Positions 1-10,358 of a DNA stretch of 40,800 bases are shown here, piece after piece; within the stretch, counting starts at the first letter, position 1; each line of letters begins with the position of its first letter. Source of the DNA: a virus (Duplodnaviria > Heunggongvirae > Uroviricota > Caudoviricetes); IMG/VR virus record IMGVR_UViG_2571042621_000026; one strand, 5' to 3'. The notes beneath the pieces are model-generated. The model was not told the DNA's origin. It made no database searches and saw only the letters and a list, made by a program, of their open reading frames with translations. Made by a program: the position numbers and the translations under genes.

Positions 1-270
<270 letters not shown>

Positions 271-475
271 TTACCGTTAAATCATTTTAAAATCAGTAAG
301 TTGTATCGAGTTTGTATGCTTTACTGTCATTAACTTACTGTATGTTGATCCAGTGTATTTAACCTTGATAAACTCAGTCCAGCAACACAAAACCGCAACA
401 CATTGCATTTTGTCCCGTAGAAAAGACTTGTATGTGTGAGCTTGTTTTCTGCGCCTACGCAGATAAGGATTGAGA

Positions 476-1873
476 ATGCCGCGCACTGTAACACATAATC
501 CGGATAGCCCCAATAATGACGATGTTTTAGCCGCATCTGAAAAATGGGACGCCTGTAAACCCCCCTATACCAGCGCACACATGAAAATCTGTGTTGCTGC
601 CGCCAAAATCATCCTCGCTGCTTCCGGCGTGGCTCGCCGTTCCAAATACGAAAAAGAGAACTATCTCCGTATCGATTTCAGCAAAGCCGGTAAGGTTACA
701 TTTTACGCCGAGTTTCCAAAAAAGATGGGCCTCAAGGGTAAAAAGCTCGGCGAGTGGCCGGAGCTCGCTATCCAGCTGGCGCGCGAAAAAGCACTAGGTA
801 TGGCTGACGGTGGACTGCGGGCAGAGTCCGTACATGCAGCGCTGGAAATGTACCGGGATGACCTCAAAGCCAAAGTAGCCCGTCAGAAGCTGAGCCCGGA
901 CAGTTTCACAACCTACGGGGTGCGTATCGACCGGATTAAATCAACGTTCGGCGAGCGCGAGGTGTTCAGCGACGTAACATACAGTCGGCTGGTGGAAGTG
1001 CTGGACGAGTGGATCGCCACTCGCTCGAACAATAACGCCCTGGAGTTGTTTGCCGAGCTCCGTCGGTTCTGGAAGTTCTGCGCACCTACTCTTTGCAACG
1101 GCCGCAATGTTGCCGCCAGTCTGCCAGATGATTATGTTTCCTCCCGCGTACAGAAACCTACCCCCACACGGCTTTTTACCGATATTGAATCAATCGCCCG
1201 ACTCTGGCTCAATGTTGCTGCCTGCACCTCTGTACACCAGAAGAATGCTGTTCGCTTCATGATCATCACTGGTGTTCGTCCGATTAATGTCCATAACCTG
1301 CGCTGGGACTACGTTCACGAGGAGGCTGGTGAAATTGTTTATCCGGAAGGGGTTATCGGCATGCGAGGGGCTATGAAAACACAAAAGGCTTTCCGCCTGC
1401 CGATAACGCCTGAGATCCGGCGGATTATCGACGAGCAGAAAGCCTGGCGTGATTCAGTTCCTGAGTGCAACAGGGATTATGTATTTTTGCAGCCACGTGA
1501 TCCAATGCAGCCATTTTCAAAACGATCACTGGATAAGCTGGTGAAAACATACAGCCCGGACGGGGCTGTAAAAGGAATAAAACATGATGGGACTGTTAAA
1601 GGGAAAGACGGTGCATTTAATACGATGTGCCGTAAATTCCTTAAGAGCAATGTTATTGCCTTGATGAAGGAAAGAGGCTATTCCCGCTCAGACCGAAGGG
1701 AAATCAGCCTCCTTTGCCTTCACCACTCCAGCAAGTCAGATGACCCGATGGCAGAACATTACGACTTTTCTGATGAGATTTTACAGGAAGAGATTGCGTT
1801 GAAGCGCGAAGCTTTCGAGGCTCACGAGCGGAGCATACTTGCGCAGGTGGCATTGCTACGGCGGCGAGGTTAA
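476..1873 (+). CDS. int: Tyrosine-type site-specific integrase
   Basis: 466-aa ORF next to the host junction, with an N-terminal arm-binding-like region and a C-terminal region with His and Tyr residues consistent with a tyrosine recombinase. The six-frame ORF begins at a TTG at 470; the first ATG is at 476. The true start could be further downstream. Confidence 0.8.
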   Translation: MPRTVTHNPDSPNNDDVLAASEKWDACKPPYTSAHMKICVAAAKIILAASGVARRSKYEKENYLRIDFSKAGKVTFYAEFPKKMGLKGKKLGEWPELAIQLAREKALGMADGGLRAESVHAALEMYRDDLKAKVARQKLSPDSFTTYGVRIDRIKSTFGEREVFSDVTYSRLVEVLDEWIATRSNNNALELFAELRRFWKFCAPTLCNGRNVAASLPDDYVSSRVQKPTPTRLFTDIESIARLWLNVAACTSVHQKNAVRFMIITGVRPINVHNLRWDYVHEEAGEIVYPEGVIGMRGAMKTQKAFRLPITPEIRRIIDEQKAWRDSVPECNRDYVFLQPRDPMQPFSKRSLDKLVKTYSPDGAVKGIKHDGTVKGKDGAFNTMCRKFLKSNVIALMKERGYSRSDRREISLLCLHHSSKSDDPMAEHYDFSDEILQEEIALKREAFEAHERSILAQVALLRRRG

Positions 1874-2070
1874 TACTGGCTGCGACATTTTTGAATAAAA
1901 GCGTCGACATTTCGGCGCTCATAACGAACTACTTTTGCACTGAAACGAATTGGTGCCAGGATAGCCCGATGACGATGCTTAATATTCCACTCACATAGCG
2001 TTTTCTGTGTAATACCTAACTTTTGGCATACTTCATCCGGGGTGAGTAAATCGTCGGGTTTCTCGCTCAT
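1870..2070 (-). CDS. AlpA-family excisionase / prophage transcriptional regulator
   Basis: 66-aa ORF with an HTH-like segment (LTPDEVCQKLGITQKTL). Its ATG overlaps the stop of the upstream helicase gene (ATGA), and it converges on int. Confidence 0.65.
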   Translation of the reverse strand: MSEKPDDLLTPDEVCQKLGITQKTLCEWNIKHRHRAILAPIRFSAKVVRYERRNVDAFIQKCRSQY

Positions 2071-3458
2071 GCTATACCTCTCTTTTTCATGGCATCGAGC
2101 AGGATGTCCTGCACTGTTCGTTTTGAGTTGCGCCGCTCCATCACCATTTCGTCCATAGTGTCGGCAGCAATAATGTGGTGAATAAATACCGGACGATTGT
2201 GTCCGGCCTGTATCTGTCTGGTTGGGCCGATACGTTCAATAATTTGCTGATATTGCTCCAGGTCCCACCAGTGTGAGAAAAATACCAGTATATTTCCGCC
2301 GTCCTGCATGTTCAGACCGTGGCCCGCGCTGGCTGGGTGTGCAAAGAGAACAGGAATCTTTCCGGAATTCCAGTCACGTAGTGTCTGTGGATCCTGGTCG
2401 AGGTGACGACCGCGAGGAAATGCTTTAAGCAAGCGTTCAAGATCGTGTTTCCAGTGATAAGCAACCAGCACAGGTGCGCCAGCTGCTTCGGTCAGTATGC
2501 TGTCCAGCGCCTGTAGTTTGGTGTCATGCAGTTCTGACCAACTTCCGGTGTCATCTGTGTATACTGCGCCGCTGGCGATTTGCAGACACTTCAGTGTCTT
2601 TGCCGCGGCGTTCGGTGCTTCGATGCCTTCGCCATTCAGCTCGAGGTACATTTCCTTTTCCATTTCACGATACTGCTGACGGGCCTTCGGCGGCATATCC
2701 ACGCGGATTACGTTATGGATGGGGTCTTTGATATCGAACCAGTCGGCCGCATCCAGCGAGAGGGTCACATCGGCTAACGCTCGCTGTATTTCACCCTGTG
2801 AGTGAGCAAAAGGCTCCAGTTTGGTCCAGCTCTGCCCCGGAAACTGTATCGATTTGAACCAGCGTGAGGTAAACGCGCCGTAAGTGCGCCCGAGACGTTG
2901 CCCCTGGTCCACAAACCACGATTGTCCCCACAAATCTACCAGGCCGTTCGGTGCTGGCGTACCGGTGAGATTTATCCAGCGCCGGACATACTTGTGCGCC
3001 ACTTTGCCCAGCGCCGCCGCGCGCTTACCACCACCTCGCAGCCGGAAGGATTTTAGCCGGGTGCTTTCATCTGGAATGACAGTACCGAACGGCCATCGTT
3101 CTCCCAATTCTTCAACCAGCCAGACAAGGTTATCGTAGTTGATTGTGAACACGCTCGCGTTGCTGTTCGCCAGCGCTGTAGAGCGCGCTTTGGCGTTACC
3201 GATGATCGGCTGTACCTCAATATTACGCAGATGCCCCCATTTAACAGCTTCATCAGGCCAAGTGCTTGCTGCAACGCGTAGCGGCGCGAGGACCAGCGCG
3301 GGGCGTGTTTCTGCTCCAGCCATGAAAAGATCTTCCAGCGTGGTGAGTGTCGCTACGGTTTTACCCATCCCCATCCCTGCCCAGATGTTGCCGCGCAGGG
3401 GCTCGATTTGATGATTGATGATGAGATCTTGGTAGGGACGTGGTTTAAAAGTTATCAT
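2067..3458 (-). CDS. SNF2/DEAD-like superfamily II helicase (phage replication)
   Basis: 463 aa with Walker A (GMGKT) and a DExx box (VIPDESTRLKS), plus a C-terminal helicase domain. ATG at 3456-3458. Confidence 0.75.
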   Translation of the reverse strand: MITFKPRPYQDLIINHQIEPLRGNIWAGMGMGKTVATLTTLEDLFMAGAETRPALVLAPLRVAASTWPDEAVKWGHLRNIEVQPIIGNAKARSTALANSNASVFTINYDNLVWLVEELGERWPFGTVIPDESTRLKSFRLRGGGKRAAALGKVAHKYVRRWINLTGTPAPNGLVDLWGQSWFVDQGQRLGRTYGAFTSRWFKSIQFPGQSWTKLEPFAHSQGEIQRALADVTLSLDAADWFDIKDPIHNVIRVDMPPKARQQYREMEKEMYLELNGEGIEAPNAAAKTLKCLQIASGAVYTDDTGSWSELHDTKLQALDSILTEAAGAPVLVAYHWKHDLERLLKAFPRGRHLDQDPQTLRDWNSGKIPVLFAHPASAGHGLNMQDGGNILVFFSHWWDLEQYQQIIERIGPTRQIQAGHNRPVFIHHIIAADTMDEMVMERRNSKRTVQDILLDAMKKRGIA

Positions 3459-3481
3459 GAAGAAAATCCCTGATTAGAAAG

Positions 3482-4084
3482 GTGCTCTTGAACATCATGA
3501 ATGTAAAAGATTTATCAATTACAACGGTTCTCTTGGCCGCCCTTTATTTTATGGCTTTTTCTTTTTACAAAGGGTACAGCTCATTTTATGGATTCCCTGT
3601 AAGTTTTATTTCTATTGGGATTGAGGAAATAGTTAAATTTTCTGTTATTGCATTAGGACTTTTGTGCACCTTAGTCGCTTTGCTGCATATTGATACTGAA
3701 GAGAAGAATATTCCATGGTGGGTGTATTTATTTTTCTTCATTTTGGCCTCTTTGCTTTCATACTGGACAATGTATTTATATGGCGGTAGCTCATACCTTT
3801 ATGAAAAATCCATAAGGGATGTGGCTACCCAAGCAATACTGTTGGGATTTATTAGCCCTATCAGTGTCAGGGCAGTATCTGTTTTTATTAGGAATGAATT
3901 TAGAATAAAAAACAAAACTCATGGGGTTATGCTTTTTATATCTATAGCAATGCTTCCTTCAGTCCTTGGGTGGGCATGGGCATACTTATCAGATGAGCCT
4001 CTTTTTTATTCTAAAAAATATGATGCTTATATTATCGAAAGCTATAACGGAAAATTTGTCTTGGGGAACTGTAAAAAAAAATAG
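3482..4084 (+). CDS. Hypothetical polytopic membrane protein (moron, opposite strand to the operon)
   Basis: 200-aa ORF with about 5 hydrophobic helices and a lysine-rich C-terminus. Low GC by eye. It runs against the flanking minus-strand genes. The start is GTG at 3482 or ATG at 3497. Confidence 0.5.
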   Translation: MLLNIMNVKDLSITTVLLAALYFMAFSFYKGYSSFYGFPVSFISIGIEEIVKFSVIALGLLCTLVALLHIDTEEKNIPWWVYLFFFILASLLSYWTMYLYGGSSYLYEKSIRDVATQAILLGFISPISVRAVSVFIRNEFRIKNKTHGVMLFISIAMLPSVLGWAWAYLSDEPLFYSKKYDAYIIESYNGKFVLGNCKKK

Positions 4085-4213
4085 CTCTGAATTTATGAGT
4101 GTCGAAGGAATTGAGGGGAAATTAATTCCTGTAAGCATAAAAGAAACACAACAACTAAAAGTATGTTTTTTAAAAGCTTCTAAGCTCAAGAAAAATCGCT
4201 CAGAATGATTGTC

Positions 4214-4483
4214 TCACAATATCCCCTCTAAATTTTTGCTATCCAGTACTACCACGGTAAAGCCTAGCTTTCGCAGACGTTCATGCTCGCGCAACTGGTC
4301 AGGCCGTGGTGGCTTGCCGGGAGATTTACATTCAACGAAAACGAGACGGCCGCCGGGTAGCAGAACAATGCGATCTGGTACCGAGCGGCGACCAGGTGAT
4401 ATGAACTTAAAGGCGACCCCACCAGCCTTTTTCACTTCGGCGACGAGATGCTTCTCGATTAGGTTTTCACGTTCATAGGACAT
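4214..4483 (-). CDS. VRR-NUC domain nuclease
   Basis: About 89 aa with a PD-(D/E)XK-like core (GGRLVFVECKSPGKPPRPDQL). The ATG at 4483 is chosen; the ORF could extend to the ATG at 4510. Confidence 0.6.
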   Translation of the reverse strand: MSYERENLIEKHLVAEVKKAGGVAFKFISPGRRSVPDRIVLLPGGRLVFVECKSPGKPPRPDQLREHERLRKLGFTVVVLDSKNLEGIL

Positions 4484-4772
4484 CTGAATCCCACTCTTCA
4501 AAAAGCACATTCAATTCCAGTTTCTCTGCCAACGCGTTTTCTGCACGTGCGCCGGCAGAGTACTCCCACTCTTTGAGCATATAAATCGTATCGGCACAGC
4601 GAAGCATTGCGAGGCAGATGTCCATGTACTGAGCCTGTGTCAAACTATTGGGTAAAGTTGCGGGGTTAAGCACAACATATCCCTTGTCCGTTAGCCTCTT
4701 TGCTGCGGAATGAAAGGCCGGGCGGTTAAATTGCTCGTAACCGCTCATTGGCCCGGCAACGTAAACGATCAT
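4473..4772 (-). CDS. DUF4406-like protein (nucleoside 2-deoxyribosyltransferase-like fold)
   Basis: 99 aa with the N-terminal VYVAGPMSG motif characteristic of this family. ATGA overlap with the upstream gene. Confidence 0.5.
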   Translation of the reverse strand: MIVYVAGPMSGYEQFNRPAFHSAAKRLTDKGYVVLNPATLPNSLTQAQYMDICLAMLRCADTIYMLKEWEYSAGARAENALAEKLELNVLFEEWDSDVL

Positions 4773-4984
4773 TCTTCGACCGCCTTACGCTTTTCACGCA
4801 TATTCTGCATCAGGCAAAAATCAGATCTGCGTTCACTCCATTCCTGATTCAGTTCGTGATGTGATTCGCGGTTGGCTTTTGCCCAGACCTCCGCTGCCCG
4901 GTCATATTCGCCGGATTGTTCAAGTCGCAAAGCTTCCCTTGCAGCCCTGTAATAAAGTGGATTGTCCCGGTATTTAAATGACAT
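4769..4984 (-). CDS. Small hypothetical protein (possibly an ANR-like regulator)
   Basis: 71-aa ORF packed between the polymerase and the DUF4406 gene with overlapping start/stop. No recognisable catalytic motif. Confidence 0.4.
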   Translation of the reverse strand: MSFKYRDNPLYYRAAREALRLEQSGEYDRAAEVWAKANRESHHELNQEWSERRSDFCLMQNMREKRKAVEE

Positions 4985-4989
4985 AGGAG

Positions 4990-7053
4990 TTAATCCTTAC
5001 GGTAGTGGTACGCCTCAAAACCGCCAGCGTTCAGTGGGATATCGGGCGCCCATTCGGGGTTAGTGGAGAGAAGTGCGGAAAGCGCTTTATCGTTGAAATC
5101 TTCTGTGTCAGGTGCTTCGGTGATCACCTCGTCGTGTACCGTCAGCACAATGCTGTAACCGGCATCTTCGATAAGCGGCATGTTTCCGGCCAGAATGTCG
5201 CGGGCGGCCGCCTGGGTGATGTTCTCCACCAGCTTTCCGCCGTAGGTTTTGAGTCGTTGCCATTTACGCGAATAAGAGTTAACCCCCATGTAGGTGATAT
5301 TCCCTTTTTCGATAACCGGAGACGGGTAGCATACAGCGCGTCCGGATGGTAGCTGTATGCGCAGCCACGCGCCATCGCGGCGGATTTTAAGATAACCGCA
5401 ATACAATGTTTTTTGCGGTGTGGCGATTGCAGTGCGGACGGTGCGCTCCAGTTCGTACCAGAAATCACAGGTCGCGGGATGCGCCCGGCGCCAGAGACGT
5501 TTAAGTGAGTCGCAGGCGATAAATACCCGTTCAGAAAGCCCGTAGGTTGACTTGCGTTTAACCGATTCGTCGTACCAGCTTTTCGCCTCGCGGATAACAT
5601 CGCGGGGAATGTTTGGTAGTGCGGCGTTCGCCAGCTCGTCGAGATCGAGACCGTAAACCAGTGCAAAAGTGATGAAGGCCGACACACCACCACCATAACC
5701 CAGACCGAGTTCCATGACTTTACCGATCTGACGCATGTGTTTATCAACATCATCTGGTGCAATATCGAAAGCTTTTGCATACGCCAGTTTATATAAGTCC
5801 GGACCCGTTCCGGCGTCGTACTCTCTGAATGCATTCAGTTTCCATTCTTCTCCTGCCAGCCATGCCAGCATACGGCCTTCAATGTTCGACAAGTCACTTA
5901 CCACCAGTTTTTTGCCTGTTGGCGCGATAATGCAGCCACGTAACGCTGAACTGGTTAGTTCCATGATATTGTCAAACAGCAGGTCTGCACATCCGGCTTT
6001 CAGTGCTTCGATGCCTTCGTCTATTTGTTCCTGTTTTAGTGAAGGGCGGGGAAGATTCTGGGGCTGGAATAGCCGTCCGGCCCAACGACCGGTACGTGAC
6101 GCCCCGCAGAACTGTAGCGTACCGCGTAAGCGCCCGTCGTGGCTTACGCCTTTCATCAGTGCCTTGTATTTACTGGTGCTGGTAGTACTGGCCTGCAGTC
6201 GGATAGCCAGCAGTTCTTTCACGGCAGATGGTAAATCGGGGTCGGCAATACGACGTTCCAGAGTACTGCGTTGCATGTCTGGTAGCTCCACACCGTAGGA
6301 TTCAACAATGTGCTTAATCAACGCGTCTCGTTGTGTGGCTGCCTGCACTTCGCCATCAGTCATTTCCTGTGTACGCTTTGCTAGGCGCTTTTGTTCCTGG
6401 TCTACCGCTTCGATCGCAGCGCGTGCGAGTTGCATGTCCATGCAGACGCCCCGGTCATTGATCTGCTGATCACGATGCCAGAGCGCCAGTTCTGTCCCCT
6501 GATAATTCCACTTCGGCAGACGTTTATAGACTTCGCGCATTGCCTCGATATCCAGTCCGGCGTAAGCAACAAAGCGCCGCCATTCTTCCGGGTGGGTTTT
6601 ACTGGTGGCCCGACGCAGTTTGCTGTTTTTCGGGCGTGGCTTACAGAACAGCTGGATCAGCGCTTTACCTTCTTTGTCCTTCGCTTTGTCTTGCGGGACG
6701 CCTAGTACTTCGCAGAGTTCCCCCAGAGACCCCGGGAGACCGTGCGCCAGCGCCTGCACCATCGTGTCGCGCCAACGTTCGACTGGCGGTGCCAGTCGCG
6801 GCATTGCATAACGCAGAACGGTGCGGTCGAAGTGAGAGTTATGGAAATAAAGCAGGGTTTCAGGGTCTGCGATTGCTTCGTATAAGCCGTGTGGAATACC
6901 ACCACCGGCAGTGATATCCCACACGTTTACTGGCCCGTCGTTGATAGCCCATGCGAAAAGCATCACTTCAACGCCTTCGGCATACGCATGGGTACCGTTG
7001 TTGATCGGAATGTCACAATAGGTTTCCAGGTCGCCCCATAGTATATTGGACAT
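4990..7053 (-). CDS. Family A DNA polymerase (Pol I-like, with 3'-5' exonuclease domain)
   Basis: 687 aa with an N-terminal exonuclease-like region and a C-terminal polymerase region. Strong SD (GAGGA) 8 nt upstream of the ATG at 7053. Confidence 0.85.
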   Translation of the reverse strand: MSNILWGDLETYCDIPINNGTHAYAEGVEVMLFAWAINDGPVNVWDITAGGGIPHGLYEAIADPETLLYFHNSHFDRTVLRYAMPRLAPPVERWRDTMVQALAHGLPGSLGELCEVLGVPQDKAKDKEGKALIQLFCKPRPKNSKLRRATSKTHPEEWRRFVAYAGLDIEAMREVYKRLPKWNYQGTELALWHRDQQINDRGVCMDMQLARAAIEAVDQEQKRLAKRTQEMTDGEVQAATQRDALIKHIVESYGVELPDMQRSTLERRIADPDLPSAVKELLAIRLQASTTSTSKYKALMKGVSHDGRLRGTLQFCGASRTGRWAGRLFQPQNLPRPSLKQEQIDEGIEALKAGCADLLFDNIMELTSSALRGCIIAPTGKKLVVSDLSNIEGRMLAWLAGEEWKLNAFREYDAGTGPDLYKLAYAKAFDIAPDDVDKHMRQIGKVMELGLGYGGGVSAFITFALVYGLDLDELANAALPNIPRDVIREAKSWYDESVKRKSTYGLSERVFIACDSLKRLWRRAHPATCDFWYELERTVRTAIATPQKTLYCGYLKIRRDGAWLRIQLPSGRAVCYPSPVIEKGNITYMGVNSYSRKWQRLKTYGGKLVENITQAAARDILAGNMPLIEDAGYSIVLTVHDEVITEAPDTEDFNDKALSALLSTNPEWAPDIPLNAGGFEAYHYRKD

Positions 7054-7114
7054 AAAATATCCTCATATGGTATATGGTTAAATGCTAGATATCATGAATT
7101 AAAGGAGACAACTA

Positions 7115-7804
7115 ATGACTGTGGGTAATAAGAGACAGCCTAATGGATTACCTGAATATTATTGTCACCGTGGTAACGACATAAAAGATGCGATAGTTCG
7201 GGATTTTATTATTCAGCCTGTTGCACACCTGAAACTTATTACTGGACAAACTAAAACCAGTTATTCCGGTTATCCGTTAACCGATCAGTACTATTGTTTT
7301 TCATTTAAAAAACGCTCTGATGAAAATTGTACAGGGGCTTTTTTCTGTGGTAGAGATGTTGCAAAGGATTTCATTCGGCGTATCGGTTGTACAGAGCTGC
7401 CGTTATTTAATCCTATGAAATCGGATACCAGTGCAGCAATAGAACGTTCCGGTTCTGGCTCAGGTAGTTCTGGTATTACTGTCAAGCCAAATGCTGACAA
7501 AAAGCTATTTATAGACGCAGCTCGTCTGTTAATGACGCTGTGGGATTCAACAAGTAAGGGACAAACCCCACTGGCGTCGGTTCTTAATGAAGCAATTTCT
7601 GGTGGTATAGATAAACCTCCAGAAATTAGACATGTAGTGGCGGTTAATACAATGTTGGGTAACACAAAAAATACTTTAACTGGTTTGCTGGATAAAGCAA
7701 GAGCGAAGTATCCTGATGTGTTATTCAGAGATTTTGATTTCACGCCTCTTAACGAGATTGTAAAACGTTCAAAATCATATAATAAGCATCCCCCTTGTTA
7801 TTGA
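7115..7804 (+). CDS. Hypothetical protein, two-domain, Cys-rich N-terminus (moron)
   Basis: 229-aa ORF with a strong SD (AAAGGAGA) 6-7 nt upstream of the ATG. Low GC by eye. Opposite strand to the early operon. An internal GSGSGSSG linker separates two domains. Confidence 0.6.
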   Translation: MTVGNKRQPNGLPEYYCHRGNDIKDAIVRDFIIQPVAHLKLITGQTKTSYSGYPLTDQYYCFSFKKRSDENCTGAFFCGRDVAKDFIRRIGCTELPLFNPMKSDTSAAIERSGSGSGSSGITVKPNADKKLFIDAARLLMTLWDSTSKGQTPLASVLNEAISGGIDKPPEIRHVVAVNTMLGNTKNTLTGLLDKARAKYPDVLFRDFDFTPLNEIVKRSKSYNKHPPCY

Positions 7805-8439
7805 GTATCAGACACTGTATTGGTAGGAAGGCCTATCATTTCATTTAATGTCTCTCGATGTACTGCTGGTGCTAAAGGGACTGGCGGTGCGTCTGTTGGA
7901 AGCAGTTCTTTAGCTTCGGGCCATACATCCAGTAATCGTTTTACTGTCCGAACTTTATTTAGAGCCGCGCTGACATTCTGTATGATTTCGGTTTCATCAC
8001 TTTTAATTTGTGTGTAGAGAGCATCAAAGCTATAAAACTCCGTTACCAGAGGATCTTCGCCAAGTAGAGTAAATTCTGCAGGTGCTATTTTATTAATATG
8101 CTCGGGGGCTCCTGATTCATAACCTCTGTAGTTGCCATTGAAATAAATGTTTGCTCTGGCTCCAGCCAGATTGAGATATATGCAGCAATCTTTTCGAATT
8201 AAAGAACTATTGGTTTTTAATGCTTCGGGTAATTTTGATACCAGTGTTTCTATTTTTTTTATATTTTTTAATATTTCAGCGTCTTTCTCTACGCCCCCGA
8301 TAGCTGCAAGCCGAACACGTTCGGCCCATTCAACACGAGCAGCTCGTAGTGCTGATTTACGTTTGGGGATACCCGCTTTCTCAAGTGCGTTATTGATGAT
8401 TTGAGTTTTAAGGTGATTAGTTAATACGGGCTGTGACAT
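7798..8439 (-). CDS. Hypothetical protein (low-GC accessory gene)
   Basis: 213 aa from the ATG at 8439, which has GAGGGA upstream; the ORF could extend to 8469. Its 3' end overlaps the convergent 7115..7804 gene by 7 bp. Confidence 0.55.
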   Translation of the reverse strand: MSQPVLTNHLKTQIINNALEKAGIPKRKSALRAARVEWAERVRLAAIGGVEKDAEILKNIKKIETLVSKLPEALKTNSSLIRKDCCIYLNLAGARANIYFNGNYRGYESGAPEHINKIAPAEFTLLGEDPLVTEFYSFDALYTQIKSDETEIIQNVSAALNKVRTVKRLLDVWPEAKELLPTDAPPVPLAPAVHRETLNEMIGLPTNTVSDTQ

Positions 8440-8490
8440 TATTCTTTCCCTCATGAGATACCCCAGCACGTAGCTGGGGGATGAATATTT

Positions 8491-9039
8491 TTAAATCAGT
8501 GCTTCAGCATCAGCACCTTCGCTGATATCGTCGAAATCGTCAGCGCTTGCCACTCCGCCGCCAGCGAATGCATCGCCGTCTCGCAGGAACTGGACTCCGC
8601 CGAGTGAGGCATTAATGCGTTTACCGAAATTATTGTCCTGTGCCCAGATATCGATAACGGCGTTTACATAGCACCCTGCATAGGGACGTCCATCAGCCTG
8701 AATTAGTGGCGAACGATCGCGATCAAGAACAGCTGGGCGCGCTTTGTTAGCAGCGTTCAGGAAGAAATTGCCGGGAAAGCCTTCATACTCTGCTTTTTCA
8801 TCACCATCATGCAGGCACAGATTGAGTTTTTTCTCCAGCTGGTTATAAATGGACTCCCACTTCTCCCCCCATTTTTCCTTCGCTACCTGCTTCATAGCTT
8901 TACGGATTTCTTCCAGTTGTGGGTGTTTGGGAGACATTAAAAATACTGCGGAGAAACGCGGATCGCCTTCGCCGTTTACAGTTTTAGCTTCAAACAGAGA
9001 CGGGAAGGCCAGACGAACATTGTTCAGCTTCAGTTTCAT
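8491..9039 (-). CDS. DUF2815-like phage single-stranded DNA-binding protein
   Basis: 182 aa with an acidic C-terminal tail (DDFDDISEGADAE) typical of SSB partner-binding tails. AAGGA SD. Sits in the replication operon beside the polymerase. Confidence 0.6.
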   Translation of the reverse strand: MKLKLNNVRLAFPSLFEAKTVNGEGDPRFSAVFLMSPKHPQLEEIRKAMKQVAKEKWGEKWESIYNQLEKKLNLCLHDGDEKAEYEGFPGNFFLNAANKARPAVLDRDRSPLIQADGRPYAGCYVNAVIDIWAQDNNFGKRINASLGGVQFLRDGDAFAGGGVASADDFDDISEGADAEALI

Positions 9040-9054
9040 GGGGATTTCCTTAAA

Positions 9055-10356
9055 TCAGATGAGGTCTGCGGTTAGCGTATCGTCGGATACGTCGTCGAAA
9101 TCATTTACAGGGTTGATATTGAGTGCGGGGCGTGGGTCTGACTCGGGAACGACGGTGGGTTTACCATCAGCTCGTGTTATCAGTGCCTCGACTTTTGACC
9201 AACGGCGCGGACTGGCCTTTTTGATAAGTTTTTCGGCTTTTGTGGGACTAATAAGTTTAAAGTCGAATACTTCTTCAGTTTTGTACCTGAACTGGTCCTT
9301 CAGAAGGGCGCGAGCTGCCTCTTCGTCACTCCAGGCCCGGTTACCTTGTTTTTCTGTTACCAGTTTAAACCCCGGTACCGGATGTCCGGCATTGAGTTCA
9401 TTGTGAACCCGGTCCCGTACTGCCTTTAGCCAGGATTCAATAAAGTCGGCCTGGCTATAGATCTCTGCAAGCTGCTCAATGGTTAACAGAGGTACACGTG
9501 CGCTGGCATTGGTGATTATTTCGCTGACAGGCTTTGTCAGATCTTCAAAATCGCTGGCCGCTGTTTGTAAATGCTGCATTTTCTGGGCAGTGCAAATAGC
9601 TTTTGCTTTACAGAAGCGGCACTGTTTTTCTCCAGGTATGAAGTTTTCCAGAGGTAGTGTCTCAATGACTTCGCATTCAGCAATATTGAGAACAAGGATC
9701 GCACTGGTTGCGGCCTTCTGTGCCCGTTCACCGAAAGACTGAAGTTCCTGTACGGTTAACGACCATTCTGAAACGTGGTTGAGCCTTGGCTGGTGAATAA
9801 ATAATCTTACAGTCTCAAAGTCATACAGCATGCTGAATTGTTCGAGCGCACCCAGAGCATACAGTTGTAGTTGCTCATTTTGTTCTGCATCAATGCGGAC
9901 GCCTTTGCCATATTTCAGGTCGTGGATTTGTAATTCGCTACCAGCAATGATTATTCCGTCGGCAGTTCCGAAAGATTCTTCCACACCCGTTATATGTGAG
10001 AAATCAACACGTTGTTCAACCAATAGTTCATTATTCTGTGCAAGAGTCCAGACCGTATCAACATACCGGCCAACGGCTTCGACCATTTCATCATCCACCT
10101 GTGGGCCAGATGTATCATCAGGATTTTCGCGAAGGGGGTATGAGCCGAGAAACATAGAAACATTGCATCCGGCGTAGTGTTCCGGGTGGCTTTGCCTGTT
10201 TCGTAGAACTTTTTCAGCAAGCGCGTGCGCTGCAGTGCCCTCGATTGCAAAAGTTGTTTCTTTATCCGGTTGTGTGGCCTCCAGCGCCAGACTTCCTGGG
10301 CAGCGCATCCATCGATGCGCTGATGATGGAGAAAGTTGTGCATGAACGTCTGGCAT
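9055..10356 (-). CDS. DUF2800-like PD-(D/E)XK nuclease (Cas4/RecB-like)
   Basis: 433 aa. The N-terminal motif [15 protein letters not shown] is typical of DUF2800 nucleases that accompany phage Pol A modules, and there is a C-terminal Cys cluster. GGAGGG SD. Confidence 0.65.
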   Translation of the reverse strand: MPDVHAQLSPSSAHRWMRCPGSLALEATQPDKETTFAIEGTAAHALAEKVLRNRQSHPEHYAGCNVSMFLGSYPLRENPDDTSGPQVDDEMVEAVGRYVDTVWTLAQNNELLVEQRVDFSHITGVEESFGTADGIIIAGSELQIHDLKYGKGVRIDAEQNEQLQLYALGALEQFSMLYDFETVRLFIHQPRLNHVSEWSLTVQELQSFGERAQKAATSAILVLNIAECEVIETLPLENFIPGEKQCRFCKAKAICTAQKMQHLQTAASDFEDLTKPVSEIITNASARVPLLTIEQLAEIYSQADFIESWLKAVRDRVHNELNAGHPVPGFKLVTEKQGNRAWSDEEAARALLKDQFRYKTEEVFDFKLISPTKAEKLIKKASPRRWSKVEALITRADGKPTVVPESDPRPALNINPVNDFDDVSDDTLTADLI

Positions 10357-10358
10357 GA

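Noticed and set aside
470-475. N-terminal extensions implied by the six-frame track where the ORF begins at TTG or GTG (integrase at 470, tape measure at 29408, hub at 32276, 26629, 3482)
   Set aside because: The track uses the first ATG/GTG/TTG after a stop. In these cases a downstream ATG with a better ribosome-binding site was preferred, and the extended coordinates were not reported as the gene start.
3966-4208. 80-aa ORF overlapping the 3' end of the membrane-protein gene, including a possible stand-alone 37-aa ORF from 4095
   Set aside because: Most of it overlaps the better-supported 200-aa gene in another frame. The downstream 37-aa piece has no clear ribosome-binding site or recognisable features.
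5142-5834. 230-aa ORF antisense to the DNA polymerase gene. Similar long antisense ORFs occur at 22970..23671, 13321..13818, 35415..35852 and 29875..30378.
   Set aside because: These are shadow ORFs inside well-supported genes on the opposite strand. They have no ribosome-binding site and a biased, Ser/Arg/Pro-rich composition typical of antisense frames in GC-rich coding DNA.
8461-8479. CCCCAGC-acgta-GCTGGGG hairpin between the SSB gene and the 213-aa gene
   Set aside because: No U-tract follows it on the minus-strand transcript, so it is not called a terminator. It may be an RNA-processing or stability element.
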